Assembly (NCBI GenBank): GCA_965287045.1
Contig: OZ336881.1
Location: forward strand, 64,852,001-64,916,000
DNA: 64,000 nucleotides
Source: Carcharhinus amblyrhynchos
Taxonomy: Eukaryota
Direction of reading: 5' to 3'
The notes under the pieces are model-generated. The model saw only the letters and a list, made by a program, of their open reading frames with translations. It made no database searches and was not told the origin of the DNA. A program made the position numbers and the translations under genes. Below are positions 22,885 to 34,890 of this stretch, piece by piece. Every line of letters starts with the position of its first letter. Position 1 is the first letter of the stretch.

Positions 22885-24735
22885 AATGGAAAGAAACAGG
22901 TGTTCAGTTTCCTCCCGGATGCTTTTTCTCCACGTTTTGGGCCAGGCACTCCAGTTATTGGTGGGGATGTTGTATTTTTCGAAGGCGGCTTTGAGGGTGT
23001 CCTTGAAGCATTTCTGTGCCCTCTGGGACTCGTGCAGTGCCAAAGTTCCGAATGGAGCATTTGTTTTGGGAGTCTTGTGTCAGGCAAGCGATGTGGCTCA
23101 CCCAGTGGAGCTGATCAAACGTGGCCGATGCTTCGATGTTGGCCTGAGAGAGAACATTTGCAGAATCTAGTGCAGACAATGCTGATGACACTTTGCCTGG
23201 TGTACGTTCTCTGAGCCATACAGGATGATGGGTGTCTACATTGTTCTGTAGACCATGAACTTGGTGCTGAGTCTGAGCTTTTGGTCTTCAGACACTCTTC
23301 AGGCAGTCGATCGCTGTGCCGGAACACTGAAGGCAGTGTTGAACCTCATCGTCGATGTTTGTTCTTGTTGGCAGTAGGCTCCCAAGGTATGGAAAGTGGA
23401 CCATATTGTCCAAGATCACATTGAGATTTTGATATCTAGGGGACAGTGTTGTGTGGCAAGGCAGGTTGGTAGAGGACCTTTGTCTTAGATGGATGTTTAG
23501 TGTAAGGCCCATGCTGTTGTACACCTCAGTGAAGGTGTTGATAATGATCTGGAGCTCAGTCTTAGCGCTTGCACAGATGCAAACATTGAATTAGGTTAAG
23601 CAGACAATGACAGAGGATGAGACAATCTTCGATATGGCCTGCAGGCGGTAGAGGTTGAACGGATTCTTGTTTGTGTTGTAGTTTAACTCCATTCAAGCGA
23701 GGGGCTTGCTGAGGCTGAGATGGAGCATTGTTGGAAGAAAGATCAAGAAAAGTGTTGTTGTGATGACACTGCCTTGCTGACTCCAGTCCAGAAAATGTGA
23801 ATAGAGTCCATGATGAATCGTTGGTCAGGATCCATGTCGTCGTGGAGCAAAGCTTGGGGACAAATCTTTGGGGCCAGCTGAAACAGAAGGGCATTCCATA
23901 ATTCCTCATGATTGACTGTCGAAGGTTTTTGTGAGGTCAATGAAGGCCATGTACAAGGGGTTGTTGGTGTTCCCTGCACTTCTCTTTAGTTACCATGCAG
24001 TGAAGATCCATGTTCGTTGTGCCTCATAGCGGGTGCATTTAATATTGCAGCTCTGGGAAGAGCTCTTATGCTGCAGCACAGTGGCGATTTATGGAAGCCT
24101 CTTGTGATGACCTTCCCTGTAACCACCTGCAGGGAAATTCCACCGGGGTTATTGCAGTCAGATTTCTTGCCTTTCCTAAAGATGGGTCACCATTACAGCA
24201 TCCCTGAGATATCCTGGCATGTTGTCTTTCTTCCAGCTAATGGAAATGAGATTATCTATTCAAATAATTGTGCCTCTCTGCCTTGTTTTAGTGCTTTTGC
24301 ACTCCAGATGCCTTGTTATCCTTCAGTTATCGAATGGCCCTTCTACCTCATGCTGAGATGGTGACGACAGAGGGATATAGTGAACACCACGTCTATTGAA
24401 AACAGAATCTCTGTTAAGGAGGTTGTTGAAGCGCTCCTCCAAAAGGGCGCTAACTGCCTCTCCATTTCTGGCCAGCAGTGGAATGGGCCTCGGGTGCTTA
24501 GGCTATAGATGGTCTCGACTGCAGGAAAGAAGCCTTATGCATTATTGTTGACAGCTAACTGCTGGATCATCTGTGCTTTCTGCATCCGCCATCTTTTCTT
24601 TGGGTCATGGTTTTTTTTTGCTGACCTCAACCATCAGCCATCAGTAGAACTGCTTTCATGTTCTTGAGTTGGGTTGTTGTTTCAAGTTCACAATAGGCTG
24701 ATCGATTCCTGGATCTTCTGGTCATTCTCTGTAAG
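22885..24735 (-). mobile_element. Decayed RTE-clade LINE (RT and C-terminal region)
   Basis: Fragments MPDTRLPKQMLHSEL, KCFKDTLKAAFEKYNI..W, HFPYLGSLL..NIDDEVQH, NVLSQANI typical of RTE ORF; many frameshifts. Confidence 0.8.
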
Positions 24736-26354
24736 TGGGATAAAACTTAGACTGCCTGTGTGACTTTTGATCGAATGTAGTAGTCTGAAAGTTTGACATT
24801 GTTATTCATCACAGTTCTAGCCTAATGACCAACCTTCATCTGCTTTACAGTGGGAAAAATAGACAAAGAAAACCAGCTGTGTCCATTATTTTGTGCCTGG
24901 AAAACCAGTGCAGATTGTAGGTGGGAGCATGCAGCTACAAACTGTTCGGTCTGACCACATGTAAACTGGTGGCTTTGGGGAGGTAACCTTGGGTGTTAAA
25001 TTTGAAATTTAAAAAACATTTATTCGGCAGTTTGTTGACAGAAATGTAGCATCTGTTAATACCAAGTCCAGGCATGCAATTCGTACAAAATCTTCAGTTT
25101 TAGAAAATGCCAGGCTCCCAAGCGTTTATCATCCCAACGTGGTTGGTCAGAGGAAAACCATTGCACAATTTTCTAAATAAAAGACAAATTAAAAACGTGC
25201 AAAGTTAGTCAAATTTCATTCTTCCTGGGAAAGCTAAAGATAGGTGAAGTCCCTGATGAAAAATACTTTATGCTCTCTAAATCAATTATTGGTGCACACA
25301 ATTCACATCTCATTTTGTCAAGTTCTTTACTGTCTTGGTCAATTGGAATTGTAATCCCCAGTACCTGTTGTGTGGTGATTCTAAAACATGGGGGAAGGAG
25401 GTTTGAAGGAATGTTGGCCTTTCTGTTATGAAACTTGGAAACTTAAATTGCCATGTACTTCAACCCAAAGCAGAAAGAAGTTTGAGAATCAAGTGTGTAT
25501 GACATGTTTCTGGGTGTGCATGTATCCAGCAATAGACCATCTGATGGCTTTATAAATTACTCAGCTATAGTCCAATTTGTGTTTTTTTTTTAATGACATG
25601 ATTGTGCTTCAAAAGATTAAGATACAGTTAAAACCATGTATTGAAGTATCCAATAAAGATGTGTCACAAGCTATTTGGAAGGTCATGAAATAAAAGGGGC
25701 TGTAGTGAAGCACGTTAATATGTTCACCACCCCCACCCCCCTCCGACCAGGTACATCTGTTCACATTTAATTGGAAGCAGTAATGCTTATGAAAATAACT
25801 AACTGCAGTGGAAATTGTTTCTTTTAGAGCCTAATTGCTTTCTGTCAATGCATCCATTGGGGGAAGGGTATCTTAAAATGAATTTGTTCTCCATAATTAT
25901 AGATGCCTTAAAACTACAGAGACTGAAAGAGTCTAAAGCATTTTAGCTCAAAAATAATCTGATTTTCGTGGTCACTGATCTCGAAGAAAGCTGCCCACGA
26001 GAAATAGCAATCTCTTATGGAGTATAGTTCCCGTTTTCTGATGTCAAATTGAGTCTGGTGCCAAGTAAAGGTGTCCAGCAACACTTGTGTCATCAAGCAG
26101 TCAATTGCATGGAAATATTCTTGCAGGCAGCAAACCAGTTAATTAAAATGCACTGAATATTTCACTTATTATTAACATTTTAGAGTAAAATAAATGATTG
26201 GGTCACTCACGTGAGATTAAAGTAGAAGCAAAAAAAAATGCTGAAAAGTGATAACAGATAATATAAAGATTTGATATTCCACAAATTTGTTTTCGGGGCT
26301 GGTGATTTGTTCAGTAATTATGAATTTGGTACCTTATTTGTTCCACACAAACTC

Positions 26355-26636
26355 GTTTATTACTATCGCAAGTAGGCTTACATTAATACTACATTGAAGT
26401 TATTGCAAAAATCCCTTAGTCGCCACTGGTGCCTGTTCGGGTACATTGAGGGAGAATTTAGCATGGTCAGAGGATCTAACTAACATGTCTTTTGGACTAT
26501 GGGAGGAAATTGGTGCACCTGGAGGAAACCCAAGCAGACATGGGGAGAACATGCAGACGGCGCACAGATCGTGAGCCAAGCTGGGAATTTAACCTGGGTC
26601 CCTGGCGCTGTGAGGCAGCAGTGCTAACCACTGTAC
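26355..26636 (-). mobile_element. V-SINE
   Basis: Reverse complement of family: GTAGGCTTACATTAA...GCCTGTTCGGGTACA...TGTGAGGCAGCAGTGCTAACCACTGT. Confidence 0.85.
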
Positions 26637-26719
26637 CAGAGGCAATGACTATCTCCCAACAAAGAATCATGCTACCTTCGCTTTACTTTCAATGGAATTA
26701 GCATTTGTGAATCTTCCAA

Positions 26720-27045
26720 AATCACCATACTGGGGGGGTTACCGTTCACCAGGAACTGAACTGGACTAGTCATATAAATACTAAGGCTCCATCAACAACA
26801 CTTCCCAAAGTCACACACCATCCTAACTTGGAACTGTATTACCATTCCTTCATTGTTGCTGTGCCAAAATCCTGGAACTGACTATCTTTATTGTCCTAAC
26901 AGCACTGTGGGTGTATGTACATTACATTGACTGCAGTAGTTTGAGAAGGTAGCTCAGTGCCACCTTCCCAAGAGAGACTTAGGGGCGGGTAATAAATGCT
27001 GGTTGAACCAGCAGCGTCCATGTCCTATGACCGAATAAAGAAAAA
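26720..27045 (+). mobile_element. Internally deleted 3' fragment of the 11445-15640 LINE family
   Basis: ACCATACTGGGGGGGTTACC...CACACCATCCTAACTTGGAAC...AATAAATGCTGG tail. Confidence 0.7.
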
Positions 27046-27099
27046 CACTAACACCTCCTTCAACAAGGGTGTAACTTTTTCGAAGGTTTGCAGTGCAAA

Positions 27100-27470
27100 G
27101 CTAGGGTTGTTTCTCCTTGGAGAGAAGTAAAGATTTGATAGAGGTATACAGGATAATGACAGATAAAATGTTCCTAATCGTTGACAATACAAGGACTAGG
27201 GCAATCAGATTTGAGGTTTTGGGCATCAATTTGGGGGTTAAGACGAAGAACTTTTCTATACTGCAAATAGTGCAGAGTAATGACTTGGAACTAGCTGCCA
27301 ACAAGGGTGATGGAAGACAAGTTTATCAATCATTTCAAAAGGATATTGGATCAGCTGTTGAGAGAAATAAACTTGCAGGGTTAGTGGCATAGATTGGACA
27401 ATTGGGACTAACTGAATTGTTCTCAGAGCTGACATGGACTAAATAGGCTGAATGGCCTCCTGTGCCATAA
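27100..27470 (+). mobile_element. CR1 3' remnant
   Basis: Decayed DLIEVYRIM...TRTRAIRFEV peptide; 3' UTR GGCTGAATGGCCTCCTGTGCC. Confidence 0.7.
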
Positions 27471-27689
27471 CGACTGAGCAGTTCTCGCTAGTTCAGCGAT
27501 TACTATTTGATTGCAATCTGCGGATACTTCAAAAACCCTCTTGGAAACTGAGAGTGACTTCCAGATTTGTGTGTTTAACTGCACGTATGTTGACTTGAGA
27601 AATTGTTGTTGTTTCTGAAGAGTAATTAGTGGCAAATGCTAAGTTTCACCATTATCACTGCAAAGTATTGGTCAATGTTTAATCTCAGA

Positions 27690-28046
27690 TTTTTTTTCTT
27701 AATTCATTCATGGAATGTTGCAGGCAAAGCCACTATTTGTTGCTCATTCCTAGTTGCCCTTGAACTGAACATTTCAGACGATAGTTAAGAATCGACCGCA
27801 TTGCTGTGGGCCTGGAGTTGCATGTAGACCAGATTGGGCAAAAACGGCAGATTTCCTACTCTAAAGAATGCTAATGAACCAGATGGGCCTTTTGTGACAA
27901 TTGAAGATAGGTTAATGGTCATCATTGCTGTATGTTCCAGATTTATTAAGTCCACCAGCTGCCTTGGTGGTGTTTGAACCCATGTTCCCCTTAGCCTGGA
28001 CCTCTGGATTACTGGTCCAATGATAATATCACTATCACCATCTCCC
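27690..28046 (-). mobile_element. tRNA-headed SINE sharing both ends with the 11445-15640 LINE
   Basis: Head and body match 15380-15640; tail matches 11460-11506; B-box-like GGTTCAAACAC on the minus strand. Confidence 0.75.
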
Positions 28047-28512
28047 TCTACTTGGTTTATTAGCTGCAATTGTTTTCAAAGTTTCATACTTTAGTTGTAA
28101 ATCTTCAGTGGGTTACAATGTCATTCTCTATGTAATTCTCTATATGAAGGAGAAATTATGAAGAACAGTGCTATGTCAAAATTTATTACTTTTTTCCAGT
28201 CTACTTTTAATTTGCAGTATTTGAAAGCATGTTTTCTATAATGAGTAATGTCAATGTAAGTGGTGTCATGTTTGTTTTTGAAGTCATAACTACGTCTCAT
28301 CCACCTTTTAGAAGTGCGCACTAAATCGCGAGAGGAGCTCCCTTTTTACACAGCGATAGAGGTGTAAACACAATATGCATGCACTATTTCCTTTTAACAT
28401 TTTGTTTAATTTTATGATCAGTTTTCCAGCTTCTGAGGTGACCATATGAACTTTGACAATGGATATTGGCAGGGTATTCAGAAAGGTTATTGGGATGGTG
28501 TTGCCAGGCGTA

Positions 28513-30342
28513 ATAAGAACATAAGAACATAAGAAATAGGAGCAGGAGTAGGCCATCTGGCCCCTCGAGCCTGCCCCGCCATTCAATAAGATCATGGCTG
28601 ATCTGTCGTGGCTCAGTTCCACTTTCCCGCCCTCTCCCCATAACCCTTAATCCCCTCTCTTATCAAAAACCCATCAACCCGCTTCTTAAAAATATTTAGC
28701 GAGGCAGCCTCCACCACTTCAACGGGCAGAGAATTCCAGAGATTCACCACCCTTTGAGTGAAGAAGTTCCTCCTCAACTCCGTTCTGAACCGCCCCCCCT
28801 TTATCTTGAGGCTGTGCCCCCTAGTCCTACTGTCTTTTTTGAGCGGGAAGAGTCTTTCCACCTCTATCCTATCCATCCCATTCATCATCTTATACGTCTC
28901 AATGAGATCTCCCCTCATTCTTCTAAACTCTAACGAGTACAAGCCTAGTTTATTCAGCCTCTCCTCATAGCTCAACCCCCTCAACTCCGGTATCAGCCTA
29001 GTAAACCTCCTCTGCACTCCCTCCAGGGCCAAAATATCCTTGCGCAGGTGCGGCGCCCAAAACTGCACACAGTACTCCAGCTGCGGCCTCACCAATGCCC
29101 TATACAGCTGCAGCAAGACCTCCCTACTTTTATATTCAATCCCCCTCGCTATGAAGGCCAGCATCCCATTCGCCTTCCTGACCACCTGCTGCACTTGCAG
29201 GCTGGGTTTTTGCGACTCATGCACAAGGACCCCGAGGTCCCTCTGCACCGTCGCCTGCTGCAGTTTTTCGCCACGTAAGTAATAGTCCTTCCTACCATTC
29301 TTCCTACCAAAGTGGACCACCTCACACTTGCCAACATTAAATTCCATTTGCCATTTCCTGGCCCATTCGCCCAGCCTATCTAGATCCTTCTGCAGACTCT
29401 CCACACCCTCCGCACAATTTGCCTTTCCCCCAATCTTGGTGTCATCAGCAAATTTCGACACCCTACACTCGGTTCCCTCCTCCAGATCATCTATATAAAT
29501 GGTAAATAGCTGAGGCCCCAGCACCGACCCCTGGGGCACCCCACTAGTCACCAACCGCCAATCCGAATAGCACCCATTGACCCCCACTCTCTGCCTCCTA
29601 TTTGACAACCAATCCTCTATCCACGCTAACACCCTACCCCCAACTCCATGTCCTCTGACCTTCTGCAGTAACCTCTTGTGAGGTACCTTATCAAACGCCT
29701 TCTGAAAATCCAGAAAGACCACATCCACCGGCTCTCCTCTATCCACCGCCCTAGACACATCCTCATAGAACTCCAGTAAATTTGTCAGACACGACTTCCC
29801 TTTAATGAAACCGTGTTGCGTCTGCCCTATCAAGCAATTCCCTTCAAGATGCCTCGCAATTTCCTCCTTAATGACGGATTCTAACATTTTACCTACCACA
29901 GACGTTAAACTAACCGGCCTGTAATTCCCCGCCTTTTGCCTGGCACCCTTCTTAAACAACGGCGTAACATTAGCCGTTTTCCAATCCTCCGGCACTTCCC
30001 CGGAATCCAGCGACGTCTGGAAAATAACCACCAAGGCATCCACTATCACCTCCGCCATTTCTTTCAGAACCCTCGGATGCATTCCATCCGGTCCTGGGGA
30101 CTTGTCCACAATCAGCCCCTCCAGTCTGTCGCGCACCACCTCTCTAGTAACAGTAATGTCATTAAGACCCTCCAGTCCTACCACCTTTCCATCGCTAACA
30201 CCCGGCAAATTATTCACGTCCTCCTCCGTGAAGACAGAAACAAAAAAGTTATTCAAGACCTTAGCCATATCCCCATCCCCTACCACTAGGTCCCCTTTCT
30301 CATCCGCTAAGGGACCAACGTTCACCCTAGCCAGCCTCTTAT
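28513..30342 (-). mobile_element. Young 5'-truncated CR1 LINE with intact reverse transcriptase ORF (stop at 28613-28615)
   Basis: 579-aa open frame with KSPGPDG, NYRPVSLTS, LDFQKAFDKV, GVPQGSVLGP and FADD; 3' UTR and (TTCTTATG)n tail; CpG-rich; endonuclease absent. Confidence 0.97.
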
Positions 30343-30394
30343 TTGAGCTCAATCTAATTTTTCCCCACCCTACACCACTTTCCTAGCTAAGATA

Positions 30395-30462
30395 CTCAGT
30401 CAGAGAGTCGGTGCAGACGCGATGGCCAAATGGCCTCTTCTGCACTGTTGGGATTCTATGAA
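30395..30462 (+). mobile_element. HER1/HE1-type CR1 3' tail
   Basis: GGTGCAGACGCGATGGCCAAATGGCCTCTTCTGCACTGTTGGGATTCTATGA. Confidence 0.6.
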
Positions 30463-30953
30463 AATGTTCCCATGTACATTTGAGGTAATATAACTGGTTA
30501 AGTGCAGCTATGTAAGAAATTGAAACATGGTCACAAGTTAGTAAAATGATGTATATTTCATGTTCATCTATTTTGTGTTGTATTTAAACTGAAGAGGGAA
30601 AATGTTTTTCAGGAAATGCAATATTCTGTTCATTGCAATGAGGGCCATAATTTAATTTTACTATAAGTACATTAGAAGTATATTTATGTATTCAATTACT
30701 CAATACTTGTTCCAATAATTAGTATTTGATATTTTCTGGGTGCTTAATTTCTTTTGAAAAAAATCTTTTATTTTGCCAGTCACATTTTATCTTTAAAAAC
30801 GTGGTGTGAATCCACCTGTATAATAATTAAAGGTACTGAATAGTAACAAAAACAGCACCAACTGTCAAGGTTCCAGTGAGAGGGAAAATCTTAGACTTAT
30901 TTTATATGGGCAATGCCATCTTCAGAAGAACCGCTTTTTTGTTCTCTTTCTAG

Positions 30954-31084
30954 AATATGCAAAAAGCCCTTGAAGTGAAAGCTCAGTATGAATCAGACAT
31001 GGCTATCGGTGGCTACGCTGCACTAATAAATCTATGCTGTCGACACGATAATGCAGAAGAGGCAATGAACCTGAAACAAGAAGT
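30954..31084 (+). CDS. LRPPRC: LRPPRC coding exon (131 nt)
   Basis: tttctag|AAT ATG...GAA GT|gtaagt; [43 protein letters not shown](V); PPR motif. Confidence 0.97.
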
Positions 31085-31352
31085 GTAAGTACACTAGTGC
31101 AGAAATATGTCAGGTTAATTTATGCTGATATAAGGACCTTCCTGAATTAAACAGGTAGAAATCTTTAGATTCTCTTCATAAAATCTTAATCAGGGCCTGT
31201 ACCATGGATAAATTAAAAGTGAGAGTTGCTGCACATTGATTTTTATGCAGCATGAAGTTGAGCGTTGCATTATTACAACATTTTGATGTACTAAATAAAA
31301 CTCTGCTCAGTTGTGAAAAACTAACCTTCTCCTCCTTGTTCTGAAATTTAAG

Positions 31353-31438
31353 GGACCGTAAAGATTCGTCTGTTGCCCTTGACACAAATAAGTACTTGGC
31401 ACTAGTGAGAGTCCTAGCCAAGCATGGTAAATTAGAAG
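31353..31438 (+). CDS. LRPPRC: LRPPRC coding exon (86 nt)
   Basis: tttaag|G GAC CGT...GAA G|gtaagc; [28 protein letters not shown]. Confidence 0.96.
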
Positions 31439-32546
31439 GTAAGCTGTCTGCTTGTGTAAACTAATTAGTTTTTTTAAAATCACAATTAAGCATTTACTAT
31501 AAAGTAAATGAGAATGTGACTTTATTTTGATGGTCTATACCATACCTTCAAAGGTTATATTAGCATGGTGTGTGATAATTTTCATGTGAATTCACATAAA
31601 AATGCTGGACAGTGCAGGCCATTACAGTAGTTATAATGGCTTGGCAAGCTTGTCATTTATATTTTGCACAGCTCAGTGCATTTGCTTTTTTTTTTTGCAG
31701 CTCTTTTTATTAACATAGCCATTCGAAGTTTGAGGAACATGACTTGTGGCATAGATTGCCTACTGTGCCTACACTAATGGTTTTTATTTTTTAGTATGGT
31801 AATGCATAATAACTTGAATGCAAAGTTGCATGACATTTATAAAACAGTCTGAATATGCTATTTGGAAATAAATGTTCAGTTCAATTTCAGAATTATATTT
31901 GGAACTTATTAAAACATTTGAAATAATTCACTTAGCTGGATTAGTTGCTAAAAGCCACAATGCTTGCTTTTGTTGAAATATGAGAATGGACTAGATCTAT
32001 TCCATAAGGAGAACTAATTTGTTCAGATTATCAAACCTTATTTTTTTAATGTAGACTGTTAGAAAGCTTTCCCTCGCTAAGACTGGATAATTAGTATCGG
32101 CTCTGCAAACAGGCTGTATCGGTATCAAGCCATTAGTCTAGATGTAAATACAGTGTAAACACATCTTAATTATCTGGCCTCGTGACAAACCATCTGCTAG
32201 AGAAACAATAGTGTGATTTAGCAGATGTTATCATTGAAGGATAAAAGCATCCATTTAGTGAGATTGTGCAGCTACAGGGCAGGCTGTGCAGGGTTATACA
32301 GTGCAGAGTGGGCACACAGATACTGCCTATAATTTGTAGTCACAGTAGCAGAGAAATGATAAAATCATGCCATTGTGGTATATAATTGTAGTCTCGCATA
32401 GATATACAAGTAGTAATTAACTTGAAATCTGCATTATACTCCAGAATTTGCATTCTTGCTTAGTTAAAATGCCATTTAAAAAAAAGGCAGTTTGTTTTTC
32501 TCTTGAATAAATTTTAGCTGGGAACCTTTGGTGTTTTGCATTGTAG

Positions 32547-32754
32547 AAGCTATTCTCATCCTAAAGGAGATGAAAGAGAAAGGGATTGCTCAAAGAGAGA
32601 CCACCGTCACTTCGTTCTTCCATATCCTGAATGCTGTAGCCATGAAGGGAGAAGCAGATACAGTGAAACAGCTACATGAATCTATTGTGAATTTGGGGTT
32701 GGCCAAGCCTACTGCCAACCTGTGTTCACCACTGATTGGAGTCCATCTTGATCA
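32547..32754 (+). CDS. LRPPRC: LRPPRC coding exon (208 nt)
   Basis: ttgtag|AA GCT...GAT CA|gtaagt; EAILILKEMKEKGIAQRETTVTSFFHILNAVAMKGEADTVKQLHESIVNLGLAKPTANLCSPLIGVHLD(Q). Confidence 0.97.
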
Positions 32755-34244
32755 GTAAGTCGAAAATACAAAAATCAACATTTCCTCATAGCAATCAACT
32801 TATTGTTCCGCTGAACAAAGGATTCTTCACTGTTGTAATGTTGTGCACGCTTATTTTACAAAATGTTTCAAGGAAAACTTAACTGGCATAATATGGATTA
32901 ATGTGTATTTTTCAGTTATTAGCTAAGCTTAGCGTTTGGAACAACTGGTGAAGAATTTATGTCCGTCGAAATATATTTCAGCAAACATTTTTACACAACG
33001 CATTAAAAATGACAATTAGAATTTTTGAAAGATGTTACGCAGCAATGTGAAAAATCAATAGCAAGGCAATGAATTTTATTTTCAAAATGTAGAGCTTGAG
33101 ATGGGAATTATTTCAAAGTAATGGGTCATTCAATTCAGTTGTAACCTCATATTCTAGGTTTCCTGGCTTTATTGCAAATAAGCAAACCTTATGTAACTAT
33201 CTCCCTGTACTTGTGATCAGAAGTAATTAATCCCATGGTATTGGAACTTACATTCAACCATTTCTTAATTTTTAAATCTGAGCTGTGACATCAGTTGTAA
33301 CGTTGTAAACTGGAGCTCTTTGATCCCCTTACACTTCCATTCCACTGTCACCAACTCTTCCCCTCCATCGCCCCTGTTGACCCATCAGATTGTATCTGCG
33401 CTGCAAGCCCTCTTGTCTTGGATGAGCTATAAAATTCTCCAGCTAAATATTTGGAAGATCAGGGTTTTCAGCCATGATAAACTGTGACTTCACTACCAAC
33501 GCCATCACTGCTTCCCCACTCCTCTTACCACCACATCATCACCGCTTTGGTTTGATCCAGACTGTTCACAACCTCAAGGTCTACTTTGGCCCTGAGATGA
33601 GTATGCAGTTTCCATCGGACAGGTGCCTACCCCTGTTGCTTGTGTCCTATCCCAAAACGGCTCATTCTTGCCCCAGTGCCGCATGATTGAAACATGAGGA
33701 CAATTTTAATCCATATTTGTATAAACTTCTCCAACTTGATAGTATTTTCTCTTCTTGTGACTCTAGCTACTTGTACAACTGCACCATTGGCTGCTGTGCC
33801 TTCAACTGTTTCAGTCTTATTTTTTGCCTTATTTTCATGACTCTGTTTCCCTATTCTCATTTTTAGATCCTTCCTTTAAAATATTTTGACCAAACCATTG
33901 CTTGTTCCAGTTAATTTTTGTTTGGCTTAGATTTATTTTTTTCCTCATCTCTAATCAATAGTTTGATTGTAATAAAATTGTCCCAAAGGTTATCATTGAA
34001 TTCTGTCTATTTATGTCTGTGCCTCAGAATGAGGGCAGAGCTCTATAAAATGTGGAGAAAAGCTGCTCTGATGGCCACCTGACCTTTGATCGCTAGGTTG
34101 TTCCAGTGTTTATTTTTTTCTTAATTTCTGTTAATTTGAACAAAATTTATCACTATTATATTGTAGAAGCTGTAGACTAAACATGCTGATGTCTATTGTT
34201 AATTTCCCCAATATTTGAAAAAGTTGTTGAAGTTGGAAGAGCAT

Positions 34245-34890
34245 ACAAACGTACAAAATAGGAGCATACAAAATTCAGCTCCTTGAACCAGCTCTGCCAT
34301 TCAGTAGGATCATGGCGATCTGTTCTTGGTTCAAGTTCCACATTCCCATCTACTCCTGATAACCTTTGATTCTCTTATCTAACAAGGATTTGCCTACCAC
34401 CTCAGCCGTAAAAATACTCCATAATCCTGCTTCCAATGCCTTCAGAGGCAAAGAGTTGTCCCTTTAACCTTTACTGTTAAAACAATGTCTCTAGTTCTGG
34501 AATTATCCACAAGAGGAAACATCTTTTCCATTTCCACCGAGTCGAGACAATTCAGGATCACGTGTACTTTAATCAGAATGCCCCTCACTCTTCTGACCTC
34601 CAGTGGAAGCAAGGCCAACTTGTCCAAGACAAACTGTTCCAGGTATCAATCTGAACCGTCTCCAATGCATTTCCATCATTCCTTAAATAGAGGCCAAAAC
34701 TGTGCACACTGTTTGCGATGTGGTCTCACTAATACATCCTTACTTTTATGTTCAATTTCTTTTGTAACATAGGATAGCATTCCATTTATCGCCTTGATTA
34801 CGTCTGTATCTGCATACTAGCTTTTTGTGACTAGTGCACTAGAATACCTAGATCCCCCTGCACCTTGGAATTCTGCAGTCATTCTCTGTT
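34245..34890 (-). mobile_element. CR1 3' fragment
   Basis: ORF 34442-34627 LPLEVRRVRGILIKV..NSRTRD; tail GCCATTCAGTAGGATCATGGC. Confidence 0.75.

Noticed and set aside
22720-23214. 164-aa + strand ORF
   Set aside because: Mostly the antisense reading of the decayed RTE LINE; no splice or homology support.
28758-30386. Several + strand ORFs of 70-117 aa
   Set aside because: Shadow frames antisense to the intact CR1 RT.
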